Positions 26,301 to 39,960 of a stretch of DNA of 64,000 nucleotides are shown one piece after another (the stretch's first letter is position 1; each line of letters opens with the position of its first letter). Under the pieces are notes generated by a model. The model was not told the DNA's origin and did no database searches. It saw only the letters and a program-made list of their open reading frames with translations. Made by a program: the position numbers and the translations under genes. The stretch is taken from contig NC_135264.1 of assembly GCF_964204865.1 (NCBI RefSeq), positions 11,036,001 through 11,100,000 on the forward strand. Direction: 5' to 3'. This stretch comes from Styela clava (Eukaryota).

Positions 26301-27113
26301 TCCTTTATTCTAGCTGCGTTGCCTCTGATTCCTTCAATTAATCAAACTATGGTACCAGAAGCACTCACACAGCCATCAATGTACTTTGAAAACACTGTTG
26401 TATCATGGGATGACTACAGAATGTTTGCAGAACGAATTGCTGTTCTTGGACGCCGTGTAAATAAAATATCAACAAACTTTGAAACTTGGAAGAATGCACG
26501 TAATATGTTGGAAAGTATTTACAAGGACTTTGCTCCGAGTGTACTCGGTTACTTCGGCTTCTACAGCGCCGATGGAGTCTGTATTCCAAGATTATTCAGA
26601 ATAAGCGGAAGACCGTCTCTCCACGCGTTGTCTTTGTTTATAATAGGTCTGAATTTTTGTATCCTGCTGTTTATCATCATTGCTTATTGTAAAATATACC
26701 ATAAGTCAACGCATAGAAAAGTGAAGGGCAGTGCAACAAAGCACGATAACCGGAGTAGAGTAATGCAGAGAAAAATCACAATTCTAATTGCGACGGATCT
26801 GTGCTGTTGGCTTCCGATTTGCGTCATGTCTATAGCAAGTCAAGTTGGAACGAACTTCTCAGGAGACGCATATGCCGTTGCTGCGATTCTATTGTTACCA
26901 ATCAACAGTTCACTAAATCCTATTATATACTCAAGTGGTTTTGCCGTTGCCCGAGAAGCTCTTTCTCACAAAACTGTAGCAATTCAAGCTTCTATCAGAC
27001 GCCGTATAACGCGAAAGCCTGATCCGGAATTCGAGCAAAATAACATCGCAATGCATGATAGTGGGAAAACAGGCGTGCAAACGCTGTCTCCAACATCAGT
27101 ACTCAATTCTTAG
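20307..27113 (+). CDS. LDLa-repeat-containing GPCR (GRL101/RXFP-like 7TM, no LRRs), copy 2, complete model of about 1128 aa
   Basis: Phase-consistent join: 20307-20367 (signal peptide-like MCCLFKFLQCLLLYYNVAIL), 21138-21260, 21944-22078, 23074-24340, 24917-25057, 25162-25345, 25638-27113 = 3387 nt. Many LDLa modules (FxC..G.CI....CDG..DC.D.SDE) precede the 7TM region. An alternative in-frame acceptor exists at 25177. Confidence 0.88.
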
Positions 27114-27958
27114 ACGCCATCCAACCCAACGTCTTTACAGTTAGAGGACACGAAAAGAACTCAATAAATTGATTGATTTGCTAAGTTATCGGAATTATTG
27201 GACACGTAGTGGACATAACGATCGTTTCAATATTATGTTGTTCTTGTCTTGTTGTTTGACACAGAATAATACACCTAGTGGAAATATTAAAAAACCGCTT
27301 TTCTCTTCGAATACTGAACCAATTGCTTCGATATTTTCAGTGGTTAAAGATAAAATATTTCCCCAGAAGGCTATTACTTTTATTCATTTAAATATTTCTG
27401 TTAGCTCTGTGAGATTTGTTTTTGTTTGCTATGACGTCATTAAACCTTCTGCGTACATCGGACGCCATTTTGTGTCCTACTGTACTGCTTCGCTTGGTGT
27501 GAATATATTTGTAGACTGTGATCTGACGGTACGGTAAACCGTACTGTACTGCGAACAGACGTGTCCATATATTTGGGCGTAGCTCTCTTGTTGTTGTAAA
27601 TAATCACTCTTCTCCGGCTGGGCCAGTATAGGAGAACTGCATTTTATCTTAAGTAATGTCATTTATATGTGTATGTTCGAAATACAAATTGTGGGTATAA
27701 TACCATCGTAACTGCACTAACTTGCACTTTTTGTAGTCTTTTTGATCGTTCATTAGATATACATCATCTGGCTTCATCAATCGACGCAACTATAAATACG
27801 GTACCCTTTTCGTTCTAAATAATTGAACTTGCGCTAATTTGTTTATTTATATATATTTTCTTTCATCATCCTTTTAGATTAGAGTTGACGTCATGATAAT
27901 TTTCCCTTTTTTTCTTTTTCTTGCGCTATATATATCCACTTGTGTCCTTTCCATATCA

Positions 27959-28011
27959 TGCCTTGATGAAGTTTTTCTAGAATTTCTGTATAGAAATTCG
28001 AAACGTCGGCA
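27959..28011 (+). ncRNA. Candidate minimal type I hammerhead ribozyme (Penelope/retrozyme-type variant)
   Basis: Stem I UGCC/GGCA, core UUGAUGA, a stem II region containing GAAUUUCU-guau-AGAAAUUC, then GAAA, palindromic ACGU as stem III and a GUC cleavage triplet (28005-28007). Confidence 0.6.
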
Positions 28012-29160
28012 AATCACATCGTTTTGCTAACACTGGTTGTGCTTCATTTATTATCAACATGAGTATTTTTTGACAAAAAAAAAATACCACTGAATACTGA
28101 CTAATACTTCTCATACATAATGCATTTTATCTGATGCACTACAGTTCTGCAGTGTTTGCATACTAGACTATATCTACACTGAATCTCGATAAATCACACA
28201 ATCTGAATTGCCCTGTATATTCTGAAACATCAACTGTCAGCCTACCACTTGATACACGATCTCCCTAACCTCTCAATCGCTTTATTTGTTTCAACTCCTG
28301 CATACCTTATCATTGCTGCCCAGGTTCTTGTCGACTCTGTGAATTTAGAGTAGACCAACTGACATCAGTAAAATTGGTTACTTTCCACTCTTTCACACAA
28401 ACGTGCATTGCACAAACGGCCATTATTTTCTGATCAAACATGCTGTAGGCGTAGCCTTCATAGTAGTATAAATCTGCTGAATAGTCAAGAATCGTCATTA
28501 AATTAATTATAAACTTTCCATACAAGCATGAAAATATCGTTGTTTGTGACACATCTTTCTAAGTCTAGTTTTCCTTGGAATTACCATACCGTACCTATTT
28601 AACAACGTTTTATGAGCTAGTGCTCACTTGAAATTGCTATTACCTAATAATAACTGAGAAAGACTATGGAAAGGTTACTCAACTCAACGCAAAAGCGAGC
28701 AGTACATCTGAGATTCATCCGACCACAGGAATCCACTACAGCAGATCAAAGTCCTATTGTTACGTCATGCAGAAGTCTGCCTTCATTGGCCACTGTTATC
28801 GGAAAAGCAGAGAATAGAGAACAGATAGTAAACACATATGTCTTGTAGTTGAAGCGTCTTTTTCGTGAAACGTGCAACTTTTGGAAACGAGAACAAAGTA
28901 TTATTTGTTACTAATTTTCTAAGGAGCGTTTTAAAATCATTTCAGGTAGTTCCCTTATGCATGCTAAGAAACTGAAATATAAACAGCCTCGTCTCGCGGC
29001 CCACAGGTGCTATTCGATATTTCGTTAAGACATATTATGCTTTATTTCTATGAAGTACATAATATATAATCTCTAATTTTTCTGTAATATTTTTACAGAA
29101 ATATAGTTATTACTGAGTGGAATTGAAACCACACCTCCGATTCAACTCACTGCCTTACAC

Positions 29161-29387
29161 CAGGGGTGGCCAACACGTCGATCGACCGACCGACCGGCGA
29201 TTTCATTGAGAATGCGCCCAAGGAACCGAGCGCATTGGCATCAGCGGAAATTTTGAATACGCGTGTGCAGTTATCTACATATTCAGTACTCATTTTTGCA
29301 TGACCTAATTACCGTTGCGCTAAGTCGATCGCGATATATTTTGACGATTTTAGTCGATCGCGGTAGCAAGTAGGTTGTCCACCCCTG
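29161..29387. mobile_element. Short hAT-type MITE
   Basis: TIR CAGGGGTGGCCAAC / GTTGTCCACCCCTG. Related left ends occur at 9328 (the equivalent site in the other duplication unit) and about 12009. TSD not preserved. Confidence 0.7.
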
Positions 29388-30065
29388 TTATACAAAAACC
29401 GCTATCCAAACATTACGTTGCATTATTAGCAAAGTAAACTATTATACAGCGAACACAGCGACATAAAGCAAATATCGTTTGGCAGATAGGGACTTAGCAT
29501 GAATTTACTGAGCAAAACAGATTGTGACTGGTCAGGTTCAGCGTGTGAAGACTAAACGATAATTGTGTATCTTGTGTAACTAAGTGCTATCTAAGATACG
29601 CTTGGACATTTGAAGAACCATAAGCTAAGCTGGCCATGTATCGCTCTCAGGTTCACTACTAATATAGGTTTATTTCAATGTTGAAATCATACTCTGACGT
29701 ATGTGAGCGAAGTTACTCTCTCATTCGGAAGGTGCATGGCGCTGTATCGATAGGATAATAAAATAGGTCGAAATATCGGGTACCTTTGAACGTCTATAAC
29801 TTTTTAACAATTATGGGTTGCGTATTGACGGGTATTTTTTATGTCCCCCAAATGTTATTTACAGTTATCTCTATGTTAGAATAATATTATATAATATCAA
29901 ACAAGTGTAATCAATATTCTTTGTTAATGTCATATATTTATCGCTCTTAATAGCCCCATGTGAGAATAATTGCTCAGAGAAGCCCAAATAGAAACTCTAT
30001 ATATATTTATTTTTTGATTCATTTCTACATGTTAACAACAATGCCCCCACGTTAGCAGTTAGAAT

Positions 30066-33000
30066 ATGGAATTGTCGCCACCTGTAGAAATGACGCCATT
30101 AGAAAATAATGGCAAACCGAAAGAACATAAGGGAGAAGACATACCATATGATAGGAAACATAAAAAGCATGGGACAAGAAAGACCGCTAAGCAGTTTTGG
30201 ATATTCAATATATGTTTTTTGCTGGCTTTTGCGCCATACCTCTCGATTACGGGCTTACAAAGCAGTATTAACATCGAGGAAGGCATTGGTAATGTTTAAT
30301 AATGTCACATAATTTTAGAGCATTCACCTTAACATCAAATCTGTTGTTCTATATTGCAGGAACACTTTCCTTGGGAGTCGCTTATGTATCGTCAATTTTT
30401 GTTGCTATATTTATAACTCCCATTGCTATCAGAAGGTGAGCATGGTTGTATGTTTGATGCAACGGTTAACTGAATGCATTTATTGCTATATTGAATTGAA
30501 TGCCTTTCGTTCAGATTAGGATCACACCGTGCAATTGTTATTGGAGAATTGGGATATTTGATTTACATTTTAGCTAACTTTTACCCCAGTAAGTATTCTC
30601 AACCAAGTCCATATATATATGCCTATTTGGTTACATTTGCTTCTTTCTGTCGTATTCTTATTTTTAGAATCTTATATCATGATGATTGCCGGCGCTCTAG
30701 TCGGGTGTGGTGAGGCCTTGGTGTGGACGGCATTACCTATGTATTTTTGGCATTTCGGGTATCAACATGGGGAGTTTGGAACGAAACCATTTGAATCATA
30801 TGTTTTGAAATATAATGGCCTATTTTACGTGATGTTTCAATTGGGTCAGGTAAGTGTGATTCATTCATAAGAGAATATCGAATTCAAAATTTTCAAATCA
30901 ACAAATTTGTTTATGGGTTGGCAGATTTTTGGCAGTTCCGTCAGCTATGGCGTATTATATGGATTCAAAGATAAAACAAAAGAAATATCTACATCGTACA
31001 ATTCATCCACAGATCTTTTACAAGAAAACGAAACGGACTTGAAACCTCACCTTCAATATCAATACTGTGGAGCAAACGATTGTCAAAGTTCAAATGTTAC
31101 CAGCGAAAACATTGATAGCTACGTTCCAGCCGACCCATACTCACTGTATATCCTAATTTCTATATTTTGTGCAATGTCTCTCAGTGGAATTTGCCTTCAT
31201 TTTAAATTTCTTCCGAGAGCGAAGTCAAAGCCACTAGAAGTTGAATCTAATGATCAGTTCTTGTACGAAAAAAAAATTACTGACGATGCAAGTGAAATCA
31301 ATATCCAGGTAGACGAGCAAATTGCTATTTACAATTGTAGACTGAATTATATTATATTATAGTCGATCAAAGAAAAAAAAACATAATAATTTCTCTAATT
31401 GTATGACGTATCTACAATGCTACCTATTTTTGTTAAAAGATTCTTAAAACAAGTAGTCAATTGATCCAATCTTAAATTGGGATTAAAAGTTTATATTGTT
31501 AAGTTGCGAGTAGAGACAATTGACATCTATATCTAGGTTGATGATATATACCCAAACTCGGGAATTTATTGAAAAATGAAACACATTGACATTCGAGGGT
31601 TATAAAATGTTCGAACTAGACTACCGAATTAGGTACCATAAGTTGAGTTTAGCTGGAAAATTTGCGCTAGACACCGTAGAAGTGACATATCTTACCGATA
31701 ATTTAAATCTTTGTAGCGTTTAAATTCCTAACATTTTCTAATTTGCAGCACTTCTCGTATATATCCACTCTTAAGCATACATACAAGCAATTTTTCAACC
31801 CAAAACAATTGTTGGTGTCACCTTTTCTGTTTTACAGTGGAATATGCGTGGCTTTCATATACGGTGAAATGAATCGAGCTTACGTTTCGTGTGTGCTTGG
31901 GGTTGAGCAAGTGAGATAATTTAACTAATTGTTTGCCGTTTCTTGAATTCGTACAAGTTTAGGTGATTGAGCCAGAGGAATAATTTTAGAAATTCATACA
32001 CATGTCTCGAATCTCTAATAGAAATGTCCTTGCCAGTGAGTGCCTTGGCGACATCTAATCAACTTATTATCCAATAGCTAGCTTTTCATCTAAGCGATAT
32101 CTTGATGTCTATGTATTTAGTAGTATATATAATAAGCGCTTGTTAGTAAAATATAGTAACACATAGGCTACCTCTTCATAATGAATGAAAGTTTTTTTTA
32201 TTTAGGTGGGAGCTGTAATGATTGTTTACGCATTTGTCAGCGGCTTTATGTCAGCATCATCGCCAAGATTAATCTCCAAATACGGTAGAAATATTGTAAT
32301 GAGTATCGCATGCTTGATAGACATGTCAAACTTTATATTCTGTTTGCTGTGGAGGCCACAGGATGATACAAAGTACCTTGTCTACTTGGTTTGCGTCTTT
32401 TGTGGCCTTTCCAATGGAACGTGGAAGAATTGCTGCATGGGTATGCATTACTGTATAATGTTAAAGAGCGCTAAAACCCATCACTCCTGTATTTTTACAG
32501 ATTTTTACACTCAATATTTTCCGCATAATCAAGAAATTTCTTTCACAATCTGGAATTTTTGGATAACGCTTGGAATAGCCGTTGCATACTTATGGAGTCC
32601 CCACTTATGTGTCAGTGTAAAACTTTACATTGAAATCGGACTTCTTATATTCGCTATAATGTTCTATGGTAAGTAAGTATTTCACTGACTGATATTTCAC
32701 GACGGCAAAGAGTCCAGCAATCCTCTCGCACATAATTAACAAAATTTATGATATCATTTGCCAAGCAATCCGATGCAACAACTGGAGCTAGTTTTGGTTC
32801 ATCATGGAATATTGCTCGAAACACCCATACTCTGACTGTGATTTTGTGAAAAAAAGATTGTTGATGTTGTCGCAGTTTCGGATCCCAACAACACAAAGCG
32901 AGTAATAGCCCAAATGCCGATTTCGCGTCGCGCTACACAAATGCGCATCTCCCAAATTAGTACCAATGTAACCGTTACAATGCGAATGATTTAATGAGCT

Positions 33001-33367
33001 CCAATATTAATATTTCAAAATTATGCGGCTCTCACATATTTGTGACTTGCTTCATCCGGCTCTTAAACCGAAATATTTTGCTCACCCTTGTTATACCGTA
33101 TACGTCAACTTGATAAGTTAGTGTGATCATATCTTTTTATTATTCAACGACCCCCCACCACACAAAACTGGCCTCGTTTAAGTAAACTTTTTGGAACTGA
33201 CTGACTTTTCAGGTCTCGCAATATCATAATAAATGCTTTTTAAACGAATCACAATTTCTTTTTCTTGTTTAGTGGGAGCGGAGTATATCCATCATAAAGA
33301 GAAGAAACTTGTTGAAAAAAAGAAGAATAATCAACATTCAATCACTGCTAACAATAAAAACAGCTAA
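30066..33367 (+). CDS. UNC93A-like MFS membrane protein, copy b (about 532 aa, intact)
   Basis: Exons 30066-30288, 30360-30435, 30515-30588, 30668-30849, 30925-31308, 31749-31910, 32206-32440, 32501-32668, 33273-33367 = 1599 nt in frame. Confidence 0.9.
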
Positions 33368-33489
33368 AAATTAGTATTGAAATTTTGTTGCAGTCGTCAC
33401 ATAAACATTTAAAACAAATATCCCGAAGCCGCAAAAACAAAGCTTAAACACTATACCCTCTTCAGAAACCAGAAAAATATTGACAATTG

Positions 33490-35150
33490 GGATAGGCTAC
33501 GTTGTATAAATGTGGGGAGACTGTAGACTAATAAGAGCAGGGCAGATTTTGGAAATGTGTTAAGTTGTAGGCAAGATTAAAAGTAAAATTAAAAGATGAC
33601 ACCGTTCCGACATAGAGGTTTAAGTATTTTTCTAAAGCTACAATTACAACAAAACAACATACCGTAGGTAGTAAATATAAAAAATTTGGTCAAATACTGC
33701 AAGTCTGCAATTCAAAATAATATGAAGTGAATTGAAACAACTTAAAAGCAAATAGGTACGCATTTTCATGACTGCGCTAAATGATAGAACTAAACTTTGT
33801 TAGAGGCATGGCTGTGGAGTCGGGGGTGGAATTGGATATCTGGGTTGGGAATATTTGTACCTATATTTATTGATTCCAAAAATTGCTAAAGCCAATGATA
33901 TAATAATAAATTAGTACTACTTTGAAGAATATTCAAGAATACATATCGGGTCTACCGGCACTTACACACTGCGCCTTTTAATGCTGACAAAATTAGGTAG
34001 CTAGCGCCATATACTAATTTCAAACTATTCCAAACTTGCTAATAATAATCGCCACCGCGTTAGTGAGCAAGCGTGCTATGTGCGACTCATCTGCGAATGG
34101 TTAGATTAATTTATATATATCCAAAGTCTACGTGAAATGTCCGTGTCATTGAAATGATTAATGGTAAAAATGCCGAAATATGCATTCTTGATTTGTGGGG
34201 TTTTATTTTTATTTTACTCAAGTGAGGTGCAACCTACAAAAACCAAACCGTCATGATTCTTCCGAAAACATGTCCTTTCTGCAAATCTTTCGAACTGAAT
34301 ATTTTGATGCATGTAAAATGAAATACGTACGTTAAGAAAAGGCATTAATACATCACCTCTGTTTTATTCGGCAGTAGTCGAGGGACCATTATTCTGCGAC
34401 GCCAAGCAAAATATCCTCAGCGCAAAACTATCGGAGGGAATAGCTCTGACCCAACCTGTTGTTGCTTAACTCTAACTATTAGCCGCATGCGTTATTGCAG
34501 ATGCAGACTTACTTGCAGGGACACTTTATTACATACGGGTTAGTGGTTTGCCATCCATGCACTAGCTATAGTGTTTACAAACATAGACTGTTGAAAATGA
34601 AATATAAGTTTACTGTTTTATTATTCATAAATTTATTATACAAGAACGATAGCGCTATTCAAACATTACGTTGTATTATTAGCAAAGCAAACTATTATGA
34701 AGCAAGCACTTCGACATGAAGCAGATAAACATTGGCAGATCGGGACTTGTCGGGAATTGTAGACTTAGTAGGGATTTGATGAGCAAAAATCCTAACAGAT
34801 TGTGTCTGGTCAGGTTCAGCGTATTAAGACTTATATCTATAAGTTGATAATTGTGTAAAGTACTTCCTAAGATACGCTTGGAGATTTAAGGAACCATTAG
34901 CTAAGCTGGTCATGGATCGCTCTCAGGTTCACTACTAATATATATATAAGTTCATTTCGACATTACAATCATACTCTGACGTATGTGAGCGAAGTTACTC
35001 TCTCATCCGGAAGGTCTGTGGCGCCCTATCGATGGGGCAATAAAATAAGTCGAAATATTGGTTAGTTTCAGCATCTATAACTTTTAACAGTTATGTGTAG
35101 CGTATTGAAGGATCTTTTTAAACGAAATAAAATTTCATCGCGCAGTCAGA
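33490..35150. repeat. Intergenic/upstream block repeated with the UNC93-like units
   Basis: Aligns with about 40920-44050 (interrupted by the hAT element), and partly with 29390-29830 and 47720-48400. Confidence 0.85.
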
Positions 35151-35632
35151 AAAAAATGTTACATTTGAAACAAATTTTGTCCAAAATTGCGAAATTGATT
35201 TTATTCCAACTATATTTATTTCTGTTTGTTAGTGAGTCATGACTCAAAATCTTCTGTTTTTTTTATGTGAAAAATATATCAGGTGATCGGTGATCGAGGA
35301 TGATCAGGTGACTGGTGATCGATAAGCGGTCGTACGCTTAGTGACGTACAGATTACGTAGCTACGTAAAGGGCGATCTCTAACGACGAAATGGCCTAAAA
35401 TCTGAAAAAATGGGTATAAGAGTAAAAAACGGCTATACACGTAACTGGAATATTGCAATTTTTTAGTAATTACACGAAGAGGGAAATTTTGAAATGGTCC
35501 ACAAATGTCATTTACATTTATCTTTATGTTAGAATAATATAAATAAGTGTGTTCAATGTTCTCCGTCAATGTCAAATTTATCGATTAATTTCCACATTTT
35601 CACAGCAATGCCCCCACGTTAGCAGTTAGAAG

Positions 35633-38600
35633 GTGGATTTGTCGCCAGCTGATGAAATGACGTCATTAGAAAAAAATGGCAAACCGAAAGAATATATGGA
35701 AGAAGACATAACATATAATAGGAAACACAAAAAGCATGGGACGAGGAAGACCGCTAAGCAATTTTGGATATTCAATATATGTTTTTTGCTGGCATTTGCG
35801 CCATACCTCTCAATTATGGGCTTACAAAGTAGTATCAACATCGAGGAAGGCATTGGTAATATTGAATAATATCACACCATTTTTGAAGCTTACAACTCAA
35901 CATCATATCTACTGTTCTATATTGCAGGAACACTTTCCTTGGGAGTGGCTCATGCATCGTCAATTGTTTTTGCTATATTTATAACTCCCATTGCTGTTAG
36001 AAGGTGAGCATGGTTGTGTGTTTGATGCAACGGTTAACTAAATGCATTTAGCCTATTGCTTTATTAAATCGAATGCTTTTCGTTCAGATTTGGATCACAC
36101 CGTGCAATTGTCATTGGAGAATTGGGATATTTGATTTACATTTTGGCTAACTTTTACCCCAGTGAGTATTCTCAACCAAGTTTATCTATGCGTATTTTGT
36201 TACATTTGCTTCGTTCTACTGTATTCTTCCCTATTATTAGAATCTTATATCATGATAATTGCCGGCGCTTTAGTTGGATGTGGCGAGGCCTTGGTGTGGA
36301 CGGCATTACCTATGTATTTTTGGCATTTTGGGTATCAACATGGAGAGTTTGGAACCAAACCTTTTGAATCATATGTTTTGAAATATAATGGCCTATTTTA
36401 CGGGATGTTTCAATTGGGTCAGGTAAGTGTGATTAATTCATAAGAGAATATCGAATTTAAAATTTTCGATTCAACAAATTTGCGTATGTGTTGGCAGATT
36501 TTTGGCAGTTCTGTCAGCTACGGCGTATTATCTGGATTCAAAAATAATACACAAGGAATATCTACATCGAACAACTCATCCACAAATATTTTTCAAGAAA
36601 ACGAAACGGACTTGAAACCTCACCTTCAATATCAATACTGTGGAGCAAACGATTGTCAAAGTCCAAACGTTACCATCGAAAACATTGATAACTACGTTCC
36701 AGCTGATTCGTACTCAGTGTACATCCTAATTTCTATGTTTTGTGCAATGTCTCTCATTGGAATTTGCCTTCATTTTAAATTTCTTCCGAGAGCGAACACA
36801 AAACCACTAGAAGTTGAATCTAATGACCATGACGTGCTGTACGAAAAGAAAAATACTGACGATGCAAGTGAAATCATTACCCAGGTGAACGAGCAATACT
36901 CGTTTTTAATTGTAGACTGAATTATAAAATCATACCGATTGCTCTAATAGTATGACATACCTACAATGCTACCCATTTTTGGTCCAATATTTTTCAACAA
37001 GTAGTCTATACCTTACTAAATGTTTTATTGTCATGTAATCGATCCAAACTTAAAGTAGGATAAGTTTATATTCCCAAGTTGCGAGTAGAGACAAATGACA
37101 TCTATATCTAGGTTGATGATACAACCACAGAAGGGCATTTATTAAAATAATGGAACAAATTGACATTCAAAGATAACAAAATATTTGAGCTGGACTATTG
37201 AATCAAGTACCAGTAGTTTGCACTGGATACCACAGAAGTGACAAATCTTACTGATAACTTAAATCTTTGTAATGTACAAATTTCTAACCGTTTCTAATTT
37301 GCAGAATTTCTCGTATGTATCAACTCTTAAGCATACATACAAGCAATTTTTCAACTCAAAACAATTGCTGGTGTCACCTGTTCTGTTTTACATTGGAATA
37401 TTCGCTGCCTTCATATACAGTGAAATGAATAGAGCTTACGTGTCGTGTGTGCTTGGGGTCGAGCTAGTGAGATAATTTAACTAATTGTTTGCCTTTTCAT
37501 GAATTCGTACAAGTTTATGTGATTGAGCCAGAGGAGTAATTTTAGAAATTCATACACTTGTCTTGAATCTCTAATAGAAATGTCCTTGTCAGTGAATGCC
37601 TTGGCGACATCTAATAAACTTATTATCCAATAGCTAGCTATTCATCTACGCGATTCAATTTTCCGTACCTAAAGAGGAAAAAAGATAGCTAGAATACTAT
37701 TAATTCTATTCTTGCTGTTTAATTTAATATTTAATAAGTGGGAACTCTTTTTCATTTCGTCACACTTGACTGCCTCCGCCATATTTGCCCGCCGATTTTT
37801 TAAGAAAGTTGCGGTACCGTACTGGTATATCTTACCTTATCTTGGTGTCTATGTATTTGGTAGTACAGTATATATAATAAACTCTTGTTAGTATGTAATA
37901 TAGTAAAACATAGGTTACCACTTTATAATGAATTGAGGTTCTTTATTTTTATATTTAGGTGGGAGCTGTAATGATTGTCTACGCATTTGTCAGCGGCTTT
38001 ATGTCAGCATTAACGCCAAGAATAATCTCTAAATTCGGTAGAAATATTGTAATGAGTATCGCATGCATGATAGACTTGTTAATCTTCATATTCTGTTTGC
38101 TGTGGAGGCCACAAGATGATACAAAGTACCTTGTTTACTTGGTTGGTGTTGTGTGTGGCCTTACTGATGGAACGTGGACGAACTGCAGCATGGGTATGGA
38201 TTTCTCTGATATTAAACAGGCTGCGTTGCAACGTTTCAATTTTGTGTAAATAAATCGAAATGTTCACAAATGAGCCCTTGGTAAAACTAATCATTTCTAT
38301 ATTTTTACAGATTTTTACACGGAATATTTTCCGCATAATCAAGAAATTTCTTTCACGGTCTGGAATTTTTGGATAACGCTTGGATCAGCCGTTGCATACT
38401 TATGGAGTCCCCACTTATGCGTCAGTGTAAAACTTTACATTGACATCGGATTGCTTATATTTAGTATGATGTGCTATGGTAAGTTTGGTATTTCATTGAC
38501 GTACTCCCTCAGTGTGTGTACCAGGTTAGGATTAGGCCATGATTTTATTCCGATTTTCCTTATTTTAGTTTTATTACGAGTTCGGGGACTGTCTGTGTTA

Positions 38601-39634
38601 GCCAAGTGAATATACCCCGTGCCCATAGTAATCAGCAGGCTTGTCGATGTGAATGGGATGGGACAGCACATATTTGTATTTGGGCCTATGGATCGTTTTG
38701 TTGATATGGTGTTGTTCTTATTGTTGCTCATGTTGTTTGGATCTTTTAACTGAATCATGTAGCATAGATCATCTTCACAGGACCTGAAAAAGCTAGGACA
38801 GTATGCGCATCGTTACCCCGATACAGGTACTGGTAAATTACCGTGGCTGTTCAGGATACCGTATGATTTCCGGGAAATAGATGGTAGAACATTTCGGTAT
38901 GAACTTAGTGTCCATATACTTAGCTATCTTTTTAGTTATATAATAGTTCTAAATTTTTGAAGTTAACAAAGTCAATACATTTTGTCTTTTTGCATGTCTC
39001 TTTGTACATGTAGTTATATTTAGTTGTCGTTAAACCTAAATATATATAACAATTTTCATTGAATTGCATTCCAATGGGATGGGATAGGCATAAATTGCTA
39101 TGGGATGGGACAGAAACGCCTGGTAATCAGTCCCTCTACACAACTTGATGTAAAGTCGGCGAACAAAATTAGTTACCTCCATATTGGTATACACACTTCT
39201 GGAGCACCGGAGAATATTCGGTTTATTAACTGAAGAATTTCTTTTCAATCAAACATCAAAGCTTCCGCAATGTGTGCCCGGCAAATTTGTCCTCGATCTT
39301 TTCACTTGTCGGTAGAATATATGTCCTGTTTGTTATATTGACCCATGTCCTCCCAACTTAATTGGTTAATGTGATCCCCATTTTTCATTTAACGACCTCA
39401 CCACCATACAAAACTGGCCTCGTTAAAGTAAGCTCATTGGAATTGACTATGCATTACCTCATTTGAATCCACTTTTAAGATCTTGCAATATCATAATAAA
39501 TGCTTATTAAACGTACAACAATTTTTTTTTCTTGTTTAGCGGGAGCGGAGTACATTCATAATAAAGAAAAGATACTTGTGCACAAAAAGAAGAATAATCA
39601 ACACTCAAGCGTTACTAACAACCAACACCGCTAA
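35633..39634 (+). CDS. UNC93A-like MFS membrane protein, copy c (first codon GTG; next in-frame ATG at 35657)
   Basis: Exons 35633-35855, 35928-36003, 36088-36161, 36241-36422, 36498-36884, 37305-37466, 37959-38193, 38311-38478, 39540-39634 = 1602 nt in frame. Confidence 0.88.
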
Positions 39635-39960
39635 AATAGCCTCAACTCTTTGTCCCTCTTTGTCAAATATGTTGTAGTTGTCACCTAAACATTTAATATT
39701 CTGAAGCCATAAAACAAATTTTAATTAATGCTAACTATGCAATCAAAAGAAACTAGCAAACTATTGACAAAATGCGGGATAAATTGCAAATTTTCCAGAG
39801 AGGTCAATGATTAAATAGGGCCTGTTTAAAGTGTACGCTCAAACGCTTTTAGGCAACTTCAATACTCAATTTAAAAATTGGTATTATATAATTACCTCGA
39901 ATTATCATGTGGTGGGAGAGGTTGCTCTTGCATGTTACTTGTCTCCTTTTATGGCAAGTG

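Noticed and set aside
35279-35330. Short GGTGATC repeats upstream of copy c
   Set aside because: Too short and irregular to assign; there are no repeat-spacer units, and no CRISPR array, rRNA or prokaryotic operon was seen anywhere in the window.
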